A stretch of DNA of 64,000 bases from Myxococcota bacterium. Its GTDB lineage: Bacteria > Myxococcota_A > UBA796 > UBA2385. A model generated the notes under the pieces. The model made no database searches and was not told where the DNA came from. It saw nothing but the letters and a program-made list of their open reading frames with translations. This document shows, in pieces, positions 19,482 to 29,554 of this stretch. The stretch's first letter is position 1. Each line of letters begins with the position of its first letter. The stretch is taken from the NCBI GenBank assembly GCA_044344255.1, contig JBIJDH010000004.1, forward strand, positions 96,001 to 160,000. Reading direction: 5' to 3'. The position numbers and the translations under genes were made by a program.

Positions 19482-20846
19482 ATGACGAAGCCCGCGACCC
19501 TCGCCGCTGTGAAGCCCGATGCCATCGAGATGGCGGCCCAGCACCGCGCCCGCTTCATGGAGCGCCTCGGCGCGGACGCCGCCCTGCTCTTCGGCGCGCC
19601 GGCCCACCATCGAAACGGGGACGCCGAATTCCGTTACCGCCAGAGCAGCGATCTGCTCTACCTCACCGCCTGGGAAGACCCCCAGTCCGCGGTGCTGCTC
19701 CGCCCGGGCGCCGACAAGCCCTTCATCCTCTTCGTCGCCCCGCGAGATCCGGACGAGGAGGTCTGGGCGGGCCCCCGTCCGGGCCCCGAGGGCGCGGTCT
19801 CCCGCTTCCAGGCCGACGCCGCCTACCCGATCGGCGAACTCGCCAAGCTGCTGCCCGACCTCATCCAGGGCTACCGCAACCTCCATTACCGCTTCGCCGA
19901 GGACTTCGACCACGATCGGCTCGTCGTCGGCGCCATCGCCAAGGCCCGCCGCCCCGCCCGCCGCGCCGGCCTCGATCTGCCGGACGCCTTCTTCGATCCG
20001 AGCCGCCTCCTCCACGAGCTCCGCCTGATCAAGACCGAGGCTGAGCTCAGCTTGATGCGGCGGGCGGCGGAGATCACGGCCGAGGCCCACGTGGCGGCGA
20101 TGCGCCTCACCCGCCCGGGTGTGATGGAGTACGAGCTTGAGGCCCTGATTGACCACACCTTCCGCCGCCGCGGTGGGGCCGGCCCTGGCTACACCACGAT
20201 CGTCGGCGGTGGGGCGAACGCGACGATCCTGCACTACATCGCGAACCAGGACGAGCTCCGCGACGGCGAGGTGGTCTGTGTGGACGCCGGCTGTGAGTAT
20301 GGCTGGTACACCGCCGACGTCACACGCGCCTGGCCGGTAAACGGCCGCTTCAGCGAGGCCCAGGCCGAGCTCTACCAGCTCGTGCTCGACGTCCAGAAGG
20401 TCGCGATCGCGGGCTGTCGGCCCGGCAACACCTGGAAGGCGGTCCACGATGAGGTGGTGCGCGGCCTCACGGTGGGCATGGTCCGCCTCGGCCTGCTCCC
20501 CGGAGACGCGGATGACGACGAGTACATCGACGGGCTCATCAAGGAGAACAAGTTCAAGCGGTACTATATGCACGGCACAGGCCACTGGCTCGGCCTCGAT
20601 GTCCATGACGCGGGCGTCTACATCATCGACGGAGACGCCCGGCCCTTCGAGCCCGGGATGGTCTCCACCATCGAGCCCGGGATCTACGTGGGAAAGGACG
20701 ACGTGGAGGCCCCCGAGCGCTTTCGGGGCCTCGGCGTCCGCATCGAGGACGACGTGCTGACGACGGCGGAGGGCGTCGAGGTGCTCACCGCGGCGATCCC
20801 GAAGGAGATCGCGGAGATCGAGGCGATCGTCGGCCGCGCCGCCTGA
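19482..20846 (+). CDS. pepP: Xaa-Pro aminopeptidase
   Basis: 454 aa. RYRQSSDLLYLT, LHY, DAGCE...YTADVTR, HGTGHWLGLDVHD, TIEPGIY, GVRIEDDV. Confidence 0.95.
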   Translation: MTKPATLAAVKPDAIEMAAQHRARFMERLGADAALLFGAPAHHRNGDAEFRYRQSSDLLYLTAWEDPQSAVLLRPGADKPFILFVAPRDPDEEVWAGPRPGPEGAVSRFQADAAYPIGELAKLLPDLIQGYRNLHYRFAEDFDHDRLVVGAIAKARRPARRAGLDLPDAFFDPSRLLHELRLIKTEAELSLMRRAAEITAEAHVAAMRLTRPGVMEYELEALIDHTFRRRGGAGPGYTTIVGGGANATILHYIANQDELRDGEVVCVDAGCEYGWYTADVTRAWPVNGRFSEAQAELYQLVLDVQKVAIAGCRPGNTWKAVHDEVVRGLTVGMVRLGLLPGDADDDEYIDGLIKENKFKRYYMHGTGHWLGLDVHDAGVYIIDGDARPFEPGMVSTIEPGIYVGKDDVEAPERFRGLGVRIEDDVLTTAEGVEVLTAAIPKEIAEIEAIVGRAA

Positions 20847-20858
20847 GTCATCGGTGGT

Positions 20859-22157
20859 TCAGCGCGGGCGGAGCGGCGCCGAGGCGGCTCGCGGGCAGCG
20901 CGCGCGCAGGCGGATCCAGCCGGCCCCGGCCTCCTCTTCGCGAGGGGGCTCCAGCACTTGATCGCCGCAGGCGGCGCGCAGGCGGGCGGCCCAGCGAGCG
21001 GAGAAGCCGCGTCCTCCCGACACCTCGCCGCCGTCCTTGATGGTGAGCCACAGCGGCTCTCCGCGCTCCACCCGCGCCCAGGGGTCGTCGCGGAGGACGG
21101 GCTCCGGCCGCTGTTGGAGCGGCGCGGCGAGGCGCGGCGGCGCGGCGGCGCTCCAGCGGCCCCCGGGGATCGGGGCGAGGAGGGCGAGCGCGAGCGCTCC
21201 AGCGCCCGCCCACTTTGGCGCGCGGGCGGCCCCGGCGGCCCCGAGCACCCAGAGCGCGCTCCCCGCGTAGGCGGTGTGCAGGCGCATGATCGGCGCGACC
21301 TCGGCCAGCGCCCCGATCATCCCGGCGACGAGCAGGGCGAGGTGGGCGAGGACGACGAGGTCGAGGCGCGCCCGTCCCTCCGCGGAGGGGAGGCGCCGCG
21401 CCGCCCAGCAGCCGGCGAGCGAGGCGAGCAGGCTCACGGCGCCGATCGGCGCCATGTCGCGAGGATCGAGGTGGTGGCCGAGCCGGAGGCGGAGGAGCGG
21501 GGCGGGGGCCGCGGCGTCGGCGCCGAGCAGGGCCCAAGGTGCGATCGGGAGGGCGCCGAGGGCGAGGGCGGGCAGCCCGCGGGGGGAGGCCAGGGCGACG
21601 GAGAGGCAGAGGCCGAGGGCGCTCGCAGGATGGACCGCGAGGCAGAGGCCGGCGAGGAGCCCGGCCCAGTGGGCGTCTCCGGCGAGCAGCCGCGAGAGCC
21701 CGGCGATCAGCAGGGGGAGGGCGAGGGTGCGAGAGAGCAGCGCAGGGTGCAGGAGGCGGCTCTCCCCGAGCAGGGCCACCGGCAGCGCGCAGAGGAGCAG
21801 GAGCGTGAGCAGCCGCCCCGGCCCCCGCGGGGCATCGGCGGGGGAGAGGGACCGGTGGAGGTCGCCGAGGGCCCAGCCGGTGGCGAGCAAGACCGCGACG
21901 TAGCCCGCGCCCTCGACCACCGGCAGCGCCCCCGTACCGCAGGCGCGCGCGGCGAGGGCGAGGAGGTCGGGCAGCAAGCCGGGGTGGGCGGCGGCGTGGT
22001 CGATGACGAGGTCGTCGGGCCAACCATCGGGCCAGAGGCGGGCCGCGACCAGCGCTCGCTGGATCGCCAGGTCCGAGTGGTCGCCAGCGAAGCCGCCCAG
22101 GAGCAGCGCCAGGGCGGCGAAGAAGGGGACCTCGAAGCGGAGCCGCGGGCGGGCCAT
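20859..22157 (-). CDS. Hypothetical polytopic membrane protein
   Basis: 432 aa, Leu/Ala-rich TM segments and coding-like codon bias. No confident family. Confidence 0.6.
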   Translation of the reverse strand: MARPRLRFEVPFFAALALLLGGFAGDHSDLAIQRALVAARLWPDGWPDDLVIDHAAAHPGLLPDLLALAARACGTGALPVVEGAGYVAVLLATGWALGDLHRSLSPADAPRGPGRLLTLLLLCALPVALLGESRLLHPALLSRTLALPLLIAGLSRLLAGDAHWAGLLAGLCLAVHPASALGLCLSVALASPRGLPALALGALPIAPWALLGADAAAPAPLLRLRLGHHLDPRDMAPIGAVSLLASLAGCWAARRLPSAEGRARLDLVVLAHLALLVAGMIGALAEVAPIMRLHTAYAGSALWVLGAAGAARAPKWAGAGALALALLAPIPGGRWSAAAPPRLAAPLQQRPEPVLRDDPWARVERGEPLWLTIKDGGEVSGGRGFSARWAARLRAACGDQVLEPPREEEAGAGWIRLRARCPRAASAPLRPR

Positions 22158-22245
22158 CTCGTCGGGGTAGCCGTCACGGGATGGCCGCGCAAATCGCGCG
22201 CGGGTGCGGGTGCAGGGGCGGGTGGGGGGGGGGGTGTAGCTGTGG

Positions 22246-22848
<603 letters not shown>

Positions 22849-23022
22849 GGGGGTCTCCGTGCGCGGCGTTCAGGTGCCGCGCGCCACTCGGGGACGAGGC
22901 CCCGGGGGCCCCCATTCACCGCGACCCGCGCCTGGGCGGTGCGGTGCGGCGCCTTCTGGGCCCTTTCGGCGTGCCTCGGCGTGGCGCTCGCATTAACGAA
23001 GCGCTCATCGAAAGGAGCCCTG

Positions 23023-23871
23023 ATGGCGGGTCCGGCCAAGGCATACAAGAACCTCCCCTTCCTTAACAGTCACGGTGCGCGGCACCTGCGCATCCTGGCC
23101 GAGTACGAGGAGCCTCGGCAGCGCCTGAAGGCCTTCGACGTGCGGGACACCATCGTGTTCTTCGGCTCGGCGCGGGCCCGGCCGATGGTGGTGGCGCAGC
23201 TCGAGCTGCAGAACGCGGAGCGCGCATTTCAGGGCGCCGAGGGCGAAGACGCCGTCCGGCGCTACGGTCACCAGGTCAAGGTCGCCAAGCGGAGGGTCCG
23301 CCTCTCGAGATATTACGCCCTGGGGCAGGAGCTGGCTCGGCGGCTCGCCGAGTGGGACCAGCAGCGGCAGGGCCCGCGGCGGTATCTGGTGGCCACCGGC
23401 GGCGGTCCCGGCATGATGGAGGCCGCGAACCGCGGGGCCTCGGAGGTGCCGGGGGCTCGCAACGTCGGCCTCGGCATCTCGCTGCCCTTCGAGGAGCAGC
23501 TCAACCCCTACGTCAGCCCGGAGCTCGGCTTCGAGTTCCATTACTTCTTCATGCGGAAGTACTGGTTCCTCTACCCCTGCAAGGCGATGGTCATCCTGCC
23601 CGGTGGCTTCGGCTCGATGGATGAGCTCTTCGAGACCCTCACCCTCCGCCAGACGGGCAAGATCAAGCACTCGCTGCCCACCGTGCTCTTCGGCGGAGAG
23701 TTCTGGAAGGACATCATCAACTTCCAGGCCATGGTGGACTGGGGCGTGATCAGCGAGGCCGACCTCCTCCTCTTCCAGATTGTGGACACCGTGGACGAGG
23801 CGTTCAACTTCCTGACGGCGGCCTTGACGGTCGCTGAGCAGGACGATCCGAGCACCCGGAACGAGGAGTAG
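23023..23871 (+). CDS. LOG family nucleotide phosphoribohydrolase (TIGR00730-like)
   Basis: 282 aa after AAAGGAG RBS. FFGSAR, TGGGPGMMEAANRGA, FFMRK, PGGFGSMDELFE. Confidence 0.92.
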   Translation: MAGPAKAYKNLPFLNSHGARHLRILAEYEEPRQRLKAFDVRDTIVFFGSARARPMVVAQLELQNAERAFQGAEGEDAVRRYGHQVKVAKRRVRLSRYYALGQELARRLAEWDQQRQGPRRYLVATGGGPGMMEAANRGASEVPGARNVGLGISLPFEEQLNPYVSPELGFEFHYFFMRKYWFLYPCKAMVILPGGFGSMDELFETLTLRQTGKIKHSLPTVLFGGEFWKDIINFQAMVDWGVISEADLLLFQIVDTVDEAFNFLTAALTVAEQDDPSTRNEE

Positions 23872-23874
23872 ATC

Positions 23875-24339
23875 ATGACGCCCTTCGGAATTCGCAAGCG
23901 CATCCAGAAGTCCCTGGGCATCGGGCCGGTCGAGCGGAACATCGTCCAGTTCCCCGTCACCTTCCTCCTGCCGGATGGTTCGTCCCGCACCGTTCAGGCC
24001 GAGGAGCGCTACACCCTCCTGATGGCCAGCCAGGCCCTGCCCTCGCCGATCAGCACCGGTCGCCGGGCGGGCGGCACCTGCCCGGACGGCGGCTGCGGGC
24101 TCTGCCGGGTCGATGTCCCCGACGGCACCGGGCTCACGCCGATGAACGAATTCGAGGCGCGCATCCTGCAGGCCCACGCCAACGGGGACCCCCACGAGGG
24201 CCGTGATCGCGAGCCCGGGCCGCCGGTGGGGCCGCTGGAGCGCCTCGGCTGCCACGCCCGAATTGTGGGCCCCGGGGCCCGCGTGAAGGTCGGCGCGCTG
24301 GTCGACTTCGAGTCCTTGAAGGGAGACAAGGAGGTGTGA
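23875..24339 (+). CDS. 2Fe-2S ferredoxin-like protein
   Basis: 154 aa. CPDGGCGLC...RLGC (Cx4Cx2C...C). Confidence 0.82.
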   Translation: MTPFGIRKRIQKSLGIGPVERNIVQFPVTFLLPDGSSRTVQAEERYTLLMASQALPSPISTGRRAGGTCPDGGCGLCRVDVPDGTGLTPMNEFEARILQAHANGDPHEGRDREPGPPVGPLERLGCHARIVGPGARVKVGALVDFESLKGDKEV

Positions 24340-25472
24340 GCGGGCGCCGCGGGTCGCTTCCCCTGCGGCGACGGTTCACCTTCGCGGCGCTGATCACCCT
24401 CGGTCTGCTGTTGAGCGCGGAGCTCCTGCTCCGCCTCGTCTACGGCGCGCCGAACGAGGTCGCGAACGTCTTCAAGGCGATCAGCTACCCCGACGGGAGC
24501 TGGTTCGCCGTCGACGCGACCGGTGTCTCCACGACCTACGTGAACCTCGACCCCATCGCCCCCTTCCCGCGGCGGAGCGAGCGGCCGCGGGTGGCCGTGC
24601 TGGGCGGGAGCACCACACACGGCGGCTCGATCAACCTTCCGCGGAAGCGCGAGTTCCCACAGCTCGTCGAGCGGGCGACCGGCTTCACCACGCTCAACCT
24701 CGCGAGCCCCGGCCTCGACTCCTTCGACTCGGTGGGGATCGCCCAGGAGCTCTTCGAGAGTGAGGTCGATCTGCTCGTGATCTACGACGGGCACAACGAC
24801 TTCGGCAACATGTACTTTCAGGAGCGCTTTGGCACCGCGGGCTCCGGTGTGGAGGCGCGCTTGCGAGCGCTGCTCGACCGCTCCCAGGTCTTCACCCAGC
24901 TCCACCGTGCGCTGGGCGGCCCGGATGGTCGGCCGCGGGTGGTCGGGCCGCGGGTCGGGGCGACGCCCGTCATCACGCCGGCGCGGATGGCGGCGGCGCT
25001 CAAGGCCTTCGAGCTCAACCTCAACCGCCTGTGTGACCTCGCCGAAGCGCACCGCGCGGGCGTGGTGCTGATCACGCCGGCGAGCTCGGTCTTTCGCCGC
25101 CCCTATGACCGCAACCCGGGGCCCGAGGGGGCCTGGGCGGCCTTCGAGCAGGGCGTCTCCCTCCGCGGCCGCGATCCCCTGCAGGCGGGCGCGCTGCTCA
25201 CGGCGGCCCGTGACCGGGACACCATCCCGCTCCGCGCTCCCACCGCCGCTATCGAGGTGGTGCGCCGGGTGGCCGTCGAGCGTGGGGTCACCCTGGTCGA
25301 CGCCGACCGCGATCTCCCCCGAGAGCCCCTCATGCTGGTGGTAGAGGGCGCCCTGATGCCAGACGGGATCCACTTCACCCAGCAAGGCCACGAAGAGATG
25401 GCCAAGCTCCTCGCCCCCGTGGTGAAGGCGGCCCTGGAGGCGCGGGCCCGCCCGGGCGGCCCGCGCCCGTGA
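24336..25472 (+). CDS. Membrane-anchored SGNH/GDSL hydrolase
   Basis: 378 aa. N-terminal TM, LGGSTT, NLASPG, YDGHND, DGIHFT (DxxH). Confidence 0.85.
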   Translation: MSGRRGSLPLRRRFTFAALITLGLLLSAELLLRLVYGAPNEVANVFKAISYPDGSWFAVDATGVSTTYVNLDPIAPFPRRSERPRVAVLGGSTTHGGSINLPRKREFPQLVERATGFTTLNLASPGLDSFDSVGIAQELFESEVDLLVIYDGHNDFGNMYFQERFGTAGSGVEARLRALLDRSQVFTQLHRALGGPDGRPRVVGPRVGATPVITPARMAAALKAFELNLNRLCDLAEAHRAGVVLITPASSVFRRPYDRNPGPEGAWAAFEQGVSLRGRDPLQAGALLTAARDRDTIPLRAPTAAIEVVRRVAVERGVTLVDADRDLPREPLMLVVEGALMPDGIHFTQQGHEEMAKLLAPVVKAALEARARPGGPRP

Positions 25473-25481
25473 GGGGCGCCG

Positions 25482-26357
25482 TTAGGGCGGGGTGACCTTG
25501 ACCTCCTGGCCGGCCGAGATGTTGAGGGCGGCGTTGCCCGTGGAGATGGTGCCCTGGACGAGGGTGCCCGTGTTGGTGCCCACCACGGTCTGAAACACGC
25601 TCACCGACTTGCCCTTCGCCGAGAACTTGCCGCCGTAGCTCATCGGCAGCGTGAGAGAGACGTTGCCCCCCGCGGCGTTGGCGCTGTTGCTGCCTACGAG
25701 CTTCGACTCGTCGCTGATCTGCGCGTTGACGTCGCCCGAGGCGGCGTTGAGGTTCACGTTGGTGTAGGTGCCGTTGATGACGATGCCGCCGCTCTTGTTG
25801 GAGGCCTTCACCGAGCCCTTGCAGTTCATCACCTGAACGAAGCCGGCGCCGCCGACGACGGTGATGGCCGCCTCTTGGGGCAGGTTCACCACGAGGCTGA
25901 TGTCGGACTCCTTCACGGCGGCGGGCTTCGAGGGGACCCGCGTCTTAACCGAGCCGCCGCTGGCCCCGCCCACCACCGAGATCCCGATGCCCTTGCCCAT
26001 CTGCTCCATCGGCCCCTCGGCGGTGCCGCGGAGGTTGTAGGTGATGCGGGCGCTCATGCCCGGGCGATCCTGGCAGCGCACGCTGATCGAGCCCGCGCTG
26101 TGTGTGATGGTGACGGGCTTACCCTTGGCGTACTCGTTCGCGCTCTGGTCGATCGACCCGTCGTAGTTGAGGGTGGCCGCCGCGGTGGCGTTGCCGGTGC
26201 CGCTGCCGCCGCCGAGGTCGATCGAGCCCATGATGGCGTCGAGGCCCAGCGGATCATCGGAGGAGGGGGGAGGATCGCCCGAGGGCGCGGTTTCGTCGTC
26301 TGCCATCGCCAGGGGTGAGAGGGCGACGAGGCAGAGCAGGAGCAGGGATCGAGCCAT
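25482..26357 (-). CDS. Secreted protein with DUF4097/adhesin-like beta-strand repeats
   Basis: 291 aa. Signal peptide, then Gly/Ser/Asn-rich repeats (ASNKSGGI, NAASGDV, NAAGGNV). Confidence 0.7.
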   Translation of the reverse strand: MARSLLLLCLVALSPLAMADDETAPSGDPPPSSDDPLGLDAIMGSIDLGGGSGTGNATAAATLNYDGSIDQSANEYAKGKPVTITHSAGSISVRCQDRPGMSARITYNLRGTAEGPMEQMGKGIGISVVGGASGGSVKTRVPSKPAAVKESDISLVVNLPQEAAITVVGGAGFVQVMNCKGSVKASNKSGGIVINGTYTNVNLNAASGDVNAQISDESKLVGSNSANAAGGNVSLTLPMSYGGKFSAKGKSVSVFQTVVGTNTGTLVQGTISTGNAALNISAGQEVKVTPP

Positions 26358-26477
26358 GGGACCTCCGGGGGAGCAGGCTACCAGCAATACCGTCAGGAGT
26401 CAGTTATCTGCCGCGCCCCGCGAGAGGCCGCCCCGCTGCCCAGCCGGCGGCCGGTCGGGGCGAAGACAGGAGCACCG

Positions 26478-27479
26478 ATGCGCCAGGGAAACGCTTACTG
26501 CGATCTGCACATCCACGTCGGGGCCTCGGTGGCGCCGCACATCCTCTGGAGCATCGCCCACCAGCAGGGCTTCAAGCTGCCGGTGCGGGATTATTGGGAC
26601 TTCGTCGAGCTCATCACGGTCAACCCGCGAAAGGTGAAGAGCCTCGACGACTACCTCAAGATCCTCCACGAGTGGACAGAGAAGATCCAGTCCAGCCCTG
26701 CTGCGATGGAGCGCGCTGTCTACGAGATCATCGGTAAGGAGTACCGCAGCTCCCAGGTGGAGCAGATCGAGCTCCGGTTCAACCCGATGAAGCGGAACCT
26801 CGGCGGAGAGCGCGACCTGGACCACATCATCCACGCGGCGCTGATCGGCATGGACCGGGCCTGCCTGGAGTACGGCATCAAGGCTGGGCTCATCTTCTGC
26901 CTCGCGCGCGAGTTCTCCCACGAGGTCAACGAGATCATCCTCACCAAGGCGATCAAGTACAAACACCGCGGCGTGGTGGGCATTGACCTCGCTGGGACCG
27001 AGAAGCACGCCGTCGAGCTCAACGAGCAGGTCGACAAGTACGCCGCCATCTTCCGGCGGGCCCGGGAGGCGGGCCTCGGCACCACCATCCACACGGGCGA
27101 GACGCCCAACACCGATGGTCAGGGTGTCATCGCCGCGGTGAAGATGCTCAAGCCCGACCGCATCGGCCACGGCATCCGCGCCGCCTACGACGAAGAGGCG
27201 CTGCGGGTCCTGGCCGACTCGGGAACGGTGCTCGAGATCTGCCCCACCTCGAACCTGCACACGCGCGCGGTGCGGCACCTCGAGGAGTTCAAGTACATCC
27301 TGGGCACCTTCATGGACAAGGGGGTGCGCTTCACCATCAACACAGACGGCACCTACCTCTGCACCACCAACCTCCGCCGCGAATTCAGCCTGCTCTCCGA
27401 GAGCGGCATCCTCAACGCCGAGGAGTCGGAGCGGGCCCGGTCGCTGGCCTTTGAGGCGAGCTTCCTCCCGCAAGGCTGA
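26478..27479 (+). CDS. Adenosine deaminase family metalloenzyme
   Basis: 333 aa. DLHIH, ELRFNP, GIDLAG, HTGE, RIGHG, CPTSN, NTDG. Confidence 0.9.
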   Translation: MRQGNAYCDLHIHVGASVAPHILWSIAHQQGFKLPVRDYWDFVELITVNPRKVKSLDDYLKILHEWTEKIQSSPAAMERAVYEIIGKEYRSSQVEQIELRFNPMKRNLGGERDLDHIIHAALIGMDRACLEYGIKAGLIFCLAREFSHEVNEIILTKAIKYKHRGVVGIDLAGTEKHAVELNEQVDKYAAIFRRAREAGLGTTIHTGETPNTDGQGVIAAVKMLKPDRIGHGIRAAYDEEALRVLADSGTVLEICPTSNLHTRAVRHLEEFKYILGTFMDKGVRFTINTDGTYLCTTNLRREFSLLSESGILNAEESERARSLAFEASFLPQG

Positions 27480-28488
27480 GGCGGTCGAGCGCCCAGCCGG
27501 CGTGCTCGGTGACGAGCGGGCTCGGGTGGCGGAGCGCCTCCTCGAGGGCAGGCACGGCGGCGGCGTTGCCGAGGTTCCCGAGCACGACGGCGGCGTTACG
27601 CTTGAGGCCCGCGGCACCGGCGCGGCGGATCGGCGAGCCCTCGAAGCGCGCGAGCAGGCGGTCGTCGTCCTCGCGGAGCACCCAGTCGAGGTCGAGCCAG
27701 GCGTGCCCCGCTCGGGGGTCGAGGTCTTCGAAGTCTGCCTCGGGCGGGTGGTGGTTGTGGGGGCAGACGTCCTGGCAGTCGTCGCAGCCGAAGACCCAGC
27801 GGCCCATCTTGGGGCGCAGCTCGAGCGGGATCGGGCTCCGGTGCTCGATCGTCAGGTAGGAGATGCAGCGGCGGGCGTCGAGGTGCCCGGCCTCTACGAA
27901 GGCCTCGGTGGGGCAGGCGTCGAGGCAGCGGCGGCAGACCCCGCAGTGGCGGTCAGCGGTGGCCAGCGGCGGATCGGGGGGCAGCACCGCGCGGGTGAGC
28001 AGCACCGCGATGAAGAAGCTGGAGCCGCTCCCGGGCAGGATCGCCATGCAGTTCTTGCCGATGAAGCCGATGCCGGCGCGCTCGGCCCAGGCCCGCTCAT
28101 TGAGCGGCCGGGAGTCAATGCTGAAGTAGGCCCCAAGGCTGGCCGCCCGCAGCGCCGCCGCCACCTTGCGGAGCCGCTTCTCGAGGAGGTTGTGGTAGTC
28201 GCGGCCCCAGGCGTAGGCGGCCACGCGGCCCGTGAGGCCGCCGGGGTCTGGCGGGCGGAGCGAGCTCCAGTCGACGGCGAAGACGATGGCGGAGCGCGCG
28301 CCAGCGAGGAGCTGCCCGGGGTCGGCGCGGGGCCCGCGGGACTCCGCCAGCCAGCCCATCTCTCCGTGGTGCCCGGCGGCGACGAAGCGGTCGTAGGCGG
28401 GCATCCCCGGCGGCGGATCCGCCGTGGTGAAGCGCACGCGGTCAAAGCCGTGGCGGGCGCAGAGGGCGCGGATCTCGGCGGGATCCAG
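27412..28488 (-). CDS. queG: tRNA epoxyqueuosine(34) reductase
   Basis: YAWGRDYH, ERAWAERAGIGFIGKN, CGVCRRCLDACPT, RCISYLTIE, FGCDDCQDVCP. Start uncertain; CTG at 28488 follows GGAGG. The 3' end overlaps the convergent deaminase by 68 bp. Confidence 0.92.
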   Translation of the reverse strand: MDPAEIRALCARHGFDRVRFTTADPPPGMPAYDRFVAAGHHGEMGWLAESRGPRADPGQLLAGARSAIVFAVDWSSLRPPDPGGLTGRVAAYAWGRDYHNLLEKRLRKVAAALRAASLGAYFSIDSRPLNERAWAERAGIGFIGKNCMAILPGSGSSFFIAVLLTRAVLPPDPPLATADRHCGVCRRCLDACPTEAFVEAGHLDARRCISYLTIEHRSPIPLELRPKMGRWVFGCDDCQDVCPHNHHPPEADFEDLDPRAGHAWLDLDWVLREDDDRLLARFEGSPIRRAGAAGLKRNAAVVLGNLGNAAAVPALEEALRHPSPLVTEHAGWALDRLSLAGGSSPQRPATGPAPTPRR

Positions 28489-28567
28489 GGCGGGCCTCCA
28501 GGGTGCAGGGGAGGGGAGGTTATGGTGCCGGACCCCAGCGGGCCACGCGCCCGCTCCTGGAGCCGCC

Positions 28568-29533
28568 ATGTCCGAAACCGAAGCTGCAAGCGACAAGATC
28601 GAGAATGTCATCATCTGCGGATCGGGCCCCGCTGGCCTGACCGCGGCGCTCTACGCCGCCCGCGCCAACCTTGACCCCCTCGTGCTCGAGGGCATGCAGC
28701 CGGGCGGACAGCTCACCATCACCACGGAGGTTGAGAATTACCCAGGCTTCGAACATGGGATTCAGGGCCCGGAGCTGATGGACGTGATGAAGCGCCAGGT
28801 GGCGCGCTTCGGCACGCGCCTCGTCTTCGATGAGGTGGTGAAGGCCGAGCTCGATCAGTGGCCCTTTGTCCTCCACACCGCGGCGGGGGCGACGCTGCGC
28901 ACGAAGGTCGTCATCATCGCCACTGGCGCCTCGGCCAAGTACCTGGGCCTCCCGAACGAGACGCGGCTCCAGGGCTACGGCGTGAGCGCCTGCGCCACCT
29001 GTGACGGCTTCTTCTACCGCAACCAGGAGGTGGTCGTGGTCGGCGGCGGGGACACCGCGGCGGAGGAGGCCAACTACCTCTCGCGTCTGTGCAGCCGCGT
29101 CCATCTCGTCGTCCGGAAGAGCTCGCTCCGCGCCTCGAAGATCATGCAGCAACGCGTGGTGGAGAACCCGAAAATCACCGTCCACTGGCAGCACGAGGTC
29201 ACCGATGTGCTCGGTGACAAGGTCCTCACCGGGGTGCGGGTGCGAGACAACCGCAGCGGCCAGGAGTCTGACTGGACGCACGTGACCGGCCTCTTCCTCG
29301 CGATCGGCCACAAGCCGAACGCCGACGCCTTCACCCCCTGGCTCGATCACGACGAGACGGGCTACCTCATCACCAGGCCCGGCACCCCCGAGACGCGCAT
29401 CCCCGGTGTCTTCGCGGCGGGCGACGTGCAGGACAAGCTCTGGCGTCAGGCGGTGACCGCGGCGGGCTCGGGCTGCATGGCGGCCATCGCCGCGGAGCGC
29501 TGGCTGGAGGAGCAGGCCCACAGCGGGCGCTGA
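28568..29533 (+). CDS. trxB: Thioredoxin-disulfide reductase
   Basis: 321 aa. GSGPAGLTAALY, GGQLTITTEVENYPGF, SACATCDGFF, GGGDTAAEEA, FAAGDV, QAVTAAGSG. Confidence 0.97.
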   Translation: MSETEAASDKIENVIICGSGPAGLTAALYAARANLDPLVLEGMQPGGQLTITTEVENYPGFEHGIQGPELMDVMKRQVARFGTRLVFDEVVKAELDQWPFVLHTAAGATLRTKVVIIATGASAKYLGLPNETRLQGYGVSACATCDGFFYRNQEVVVVGGGDTAAEEANYLSRLCSRVHLVVRKSSLRASKIMQQRVVENPKITVHWQHEVTDVLGDKVLTGVRVRDNRSGQESDWTHVTGLFLAIGHKPNADAFTPWLDHDETGYLITRPGTPETRIPGVFAAGDVQDKLWRQAVTAAGSGCMAAIAAERWLEEQAHSGR

Positions 29534-29554
29534 GGCGGCCGGGTCGGCGGGCGC

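Noticed and set aside
26478..27479. RADAR-type anti-phage deaminase (RdrB)
   Set aside because: Only 333 aa, no adjacent RdrA-like ATPase, housekeeping context.
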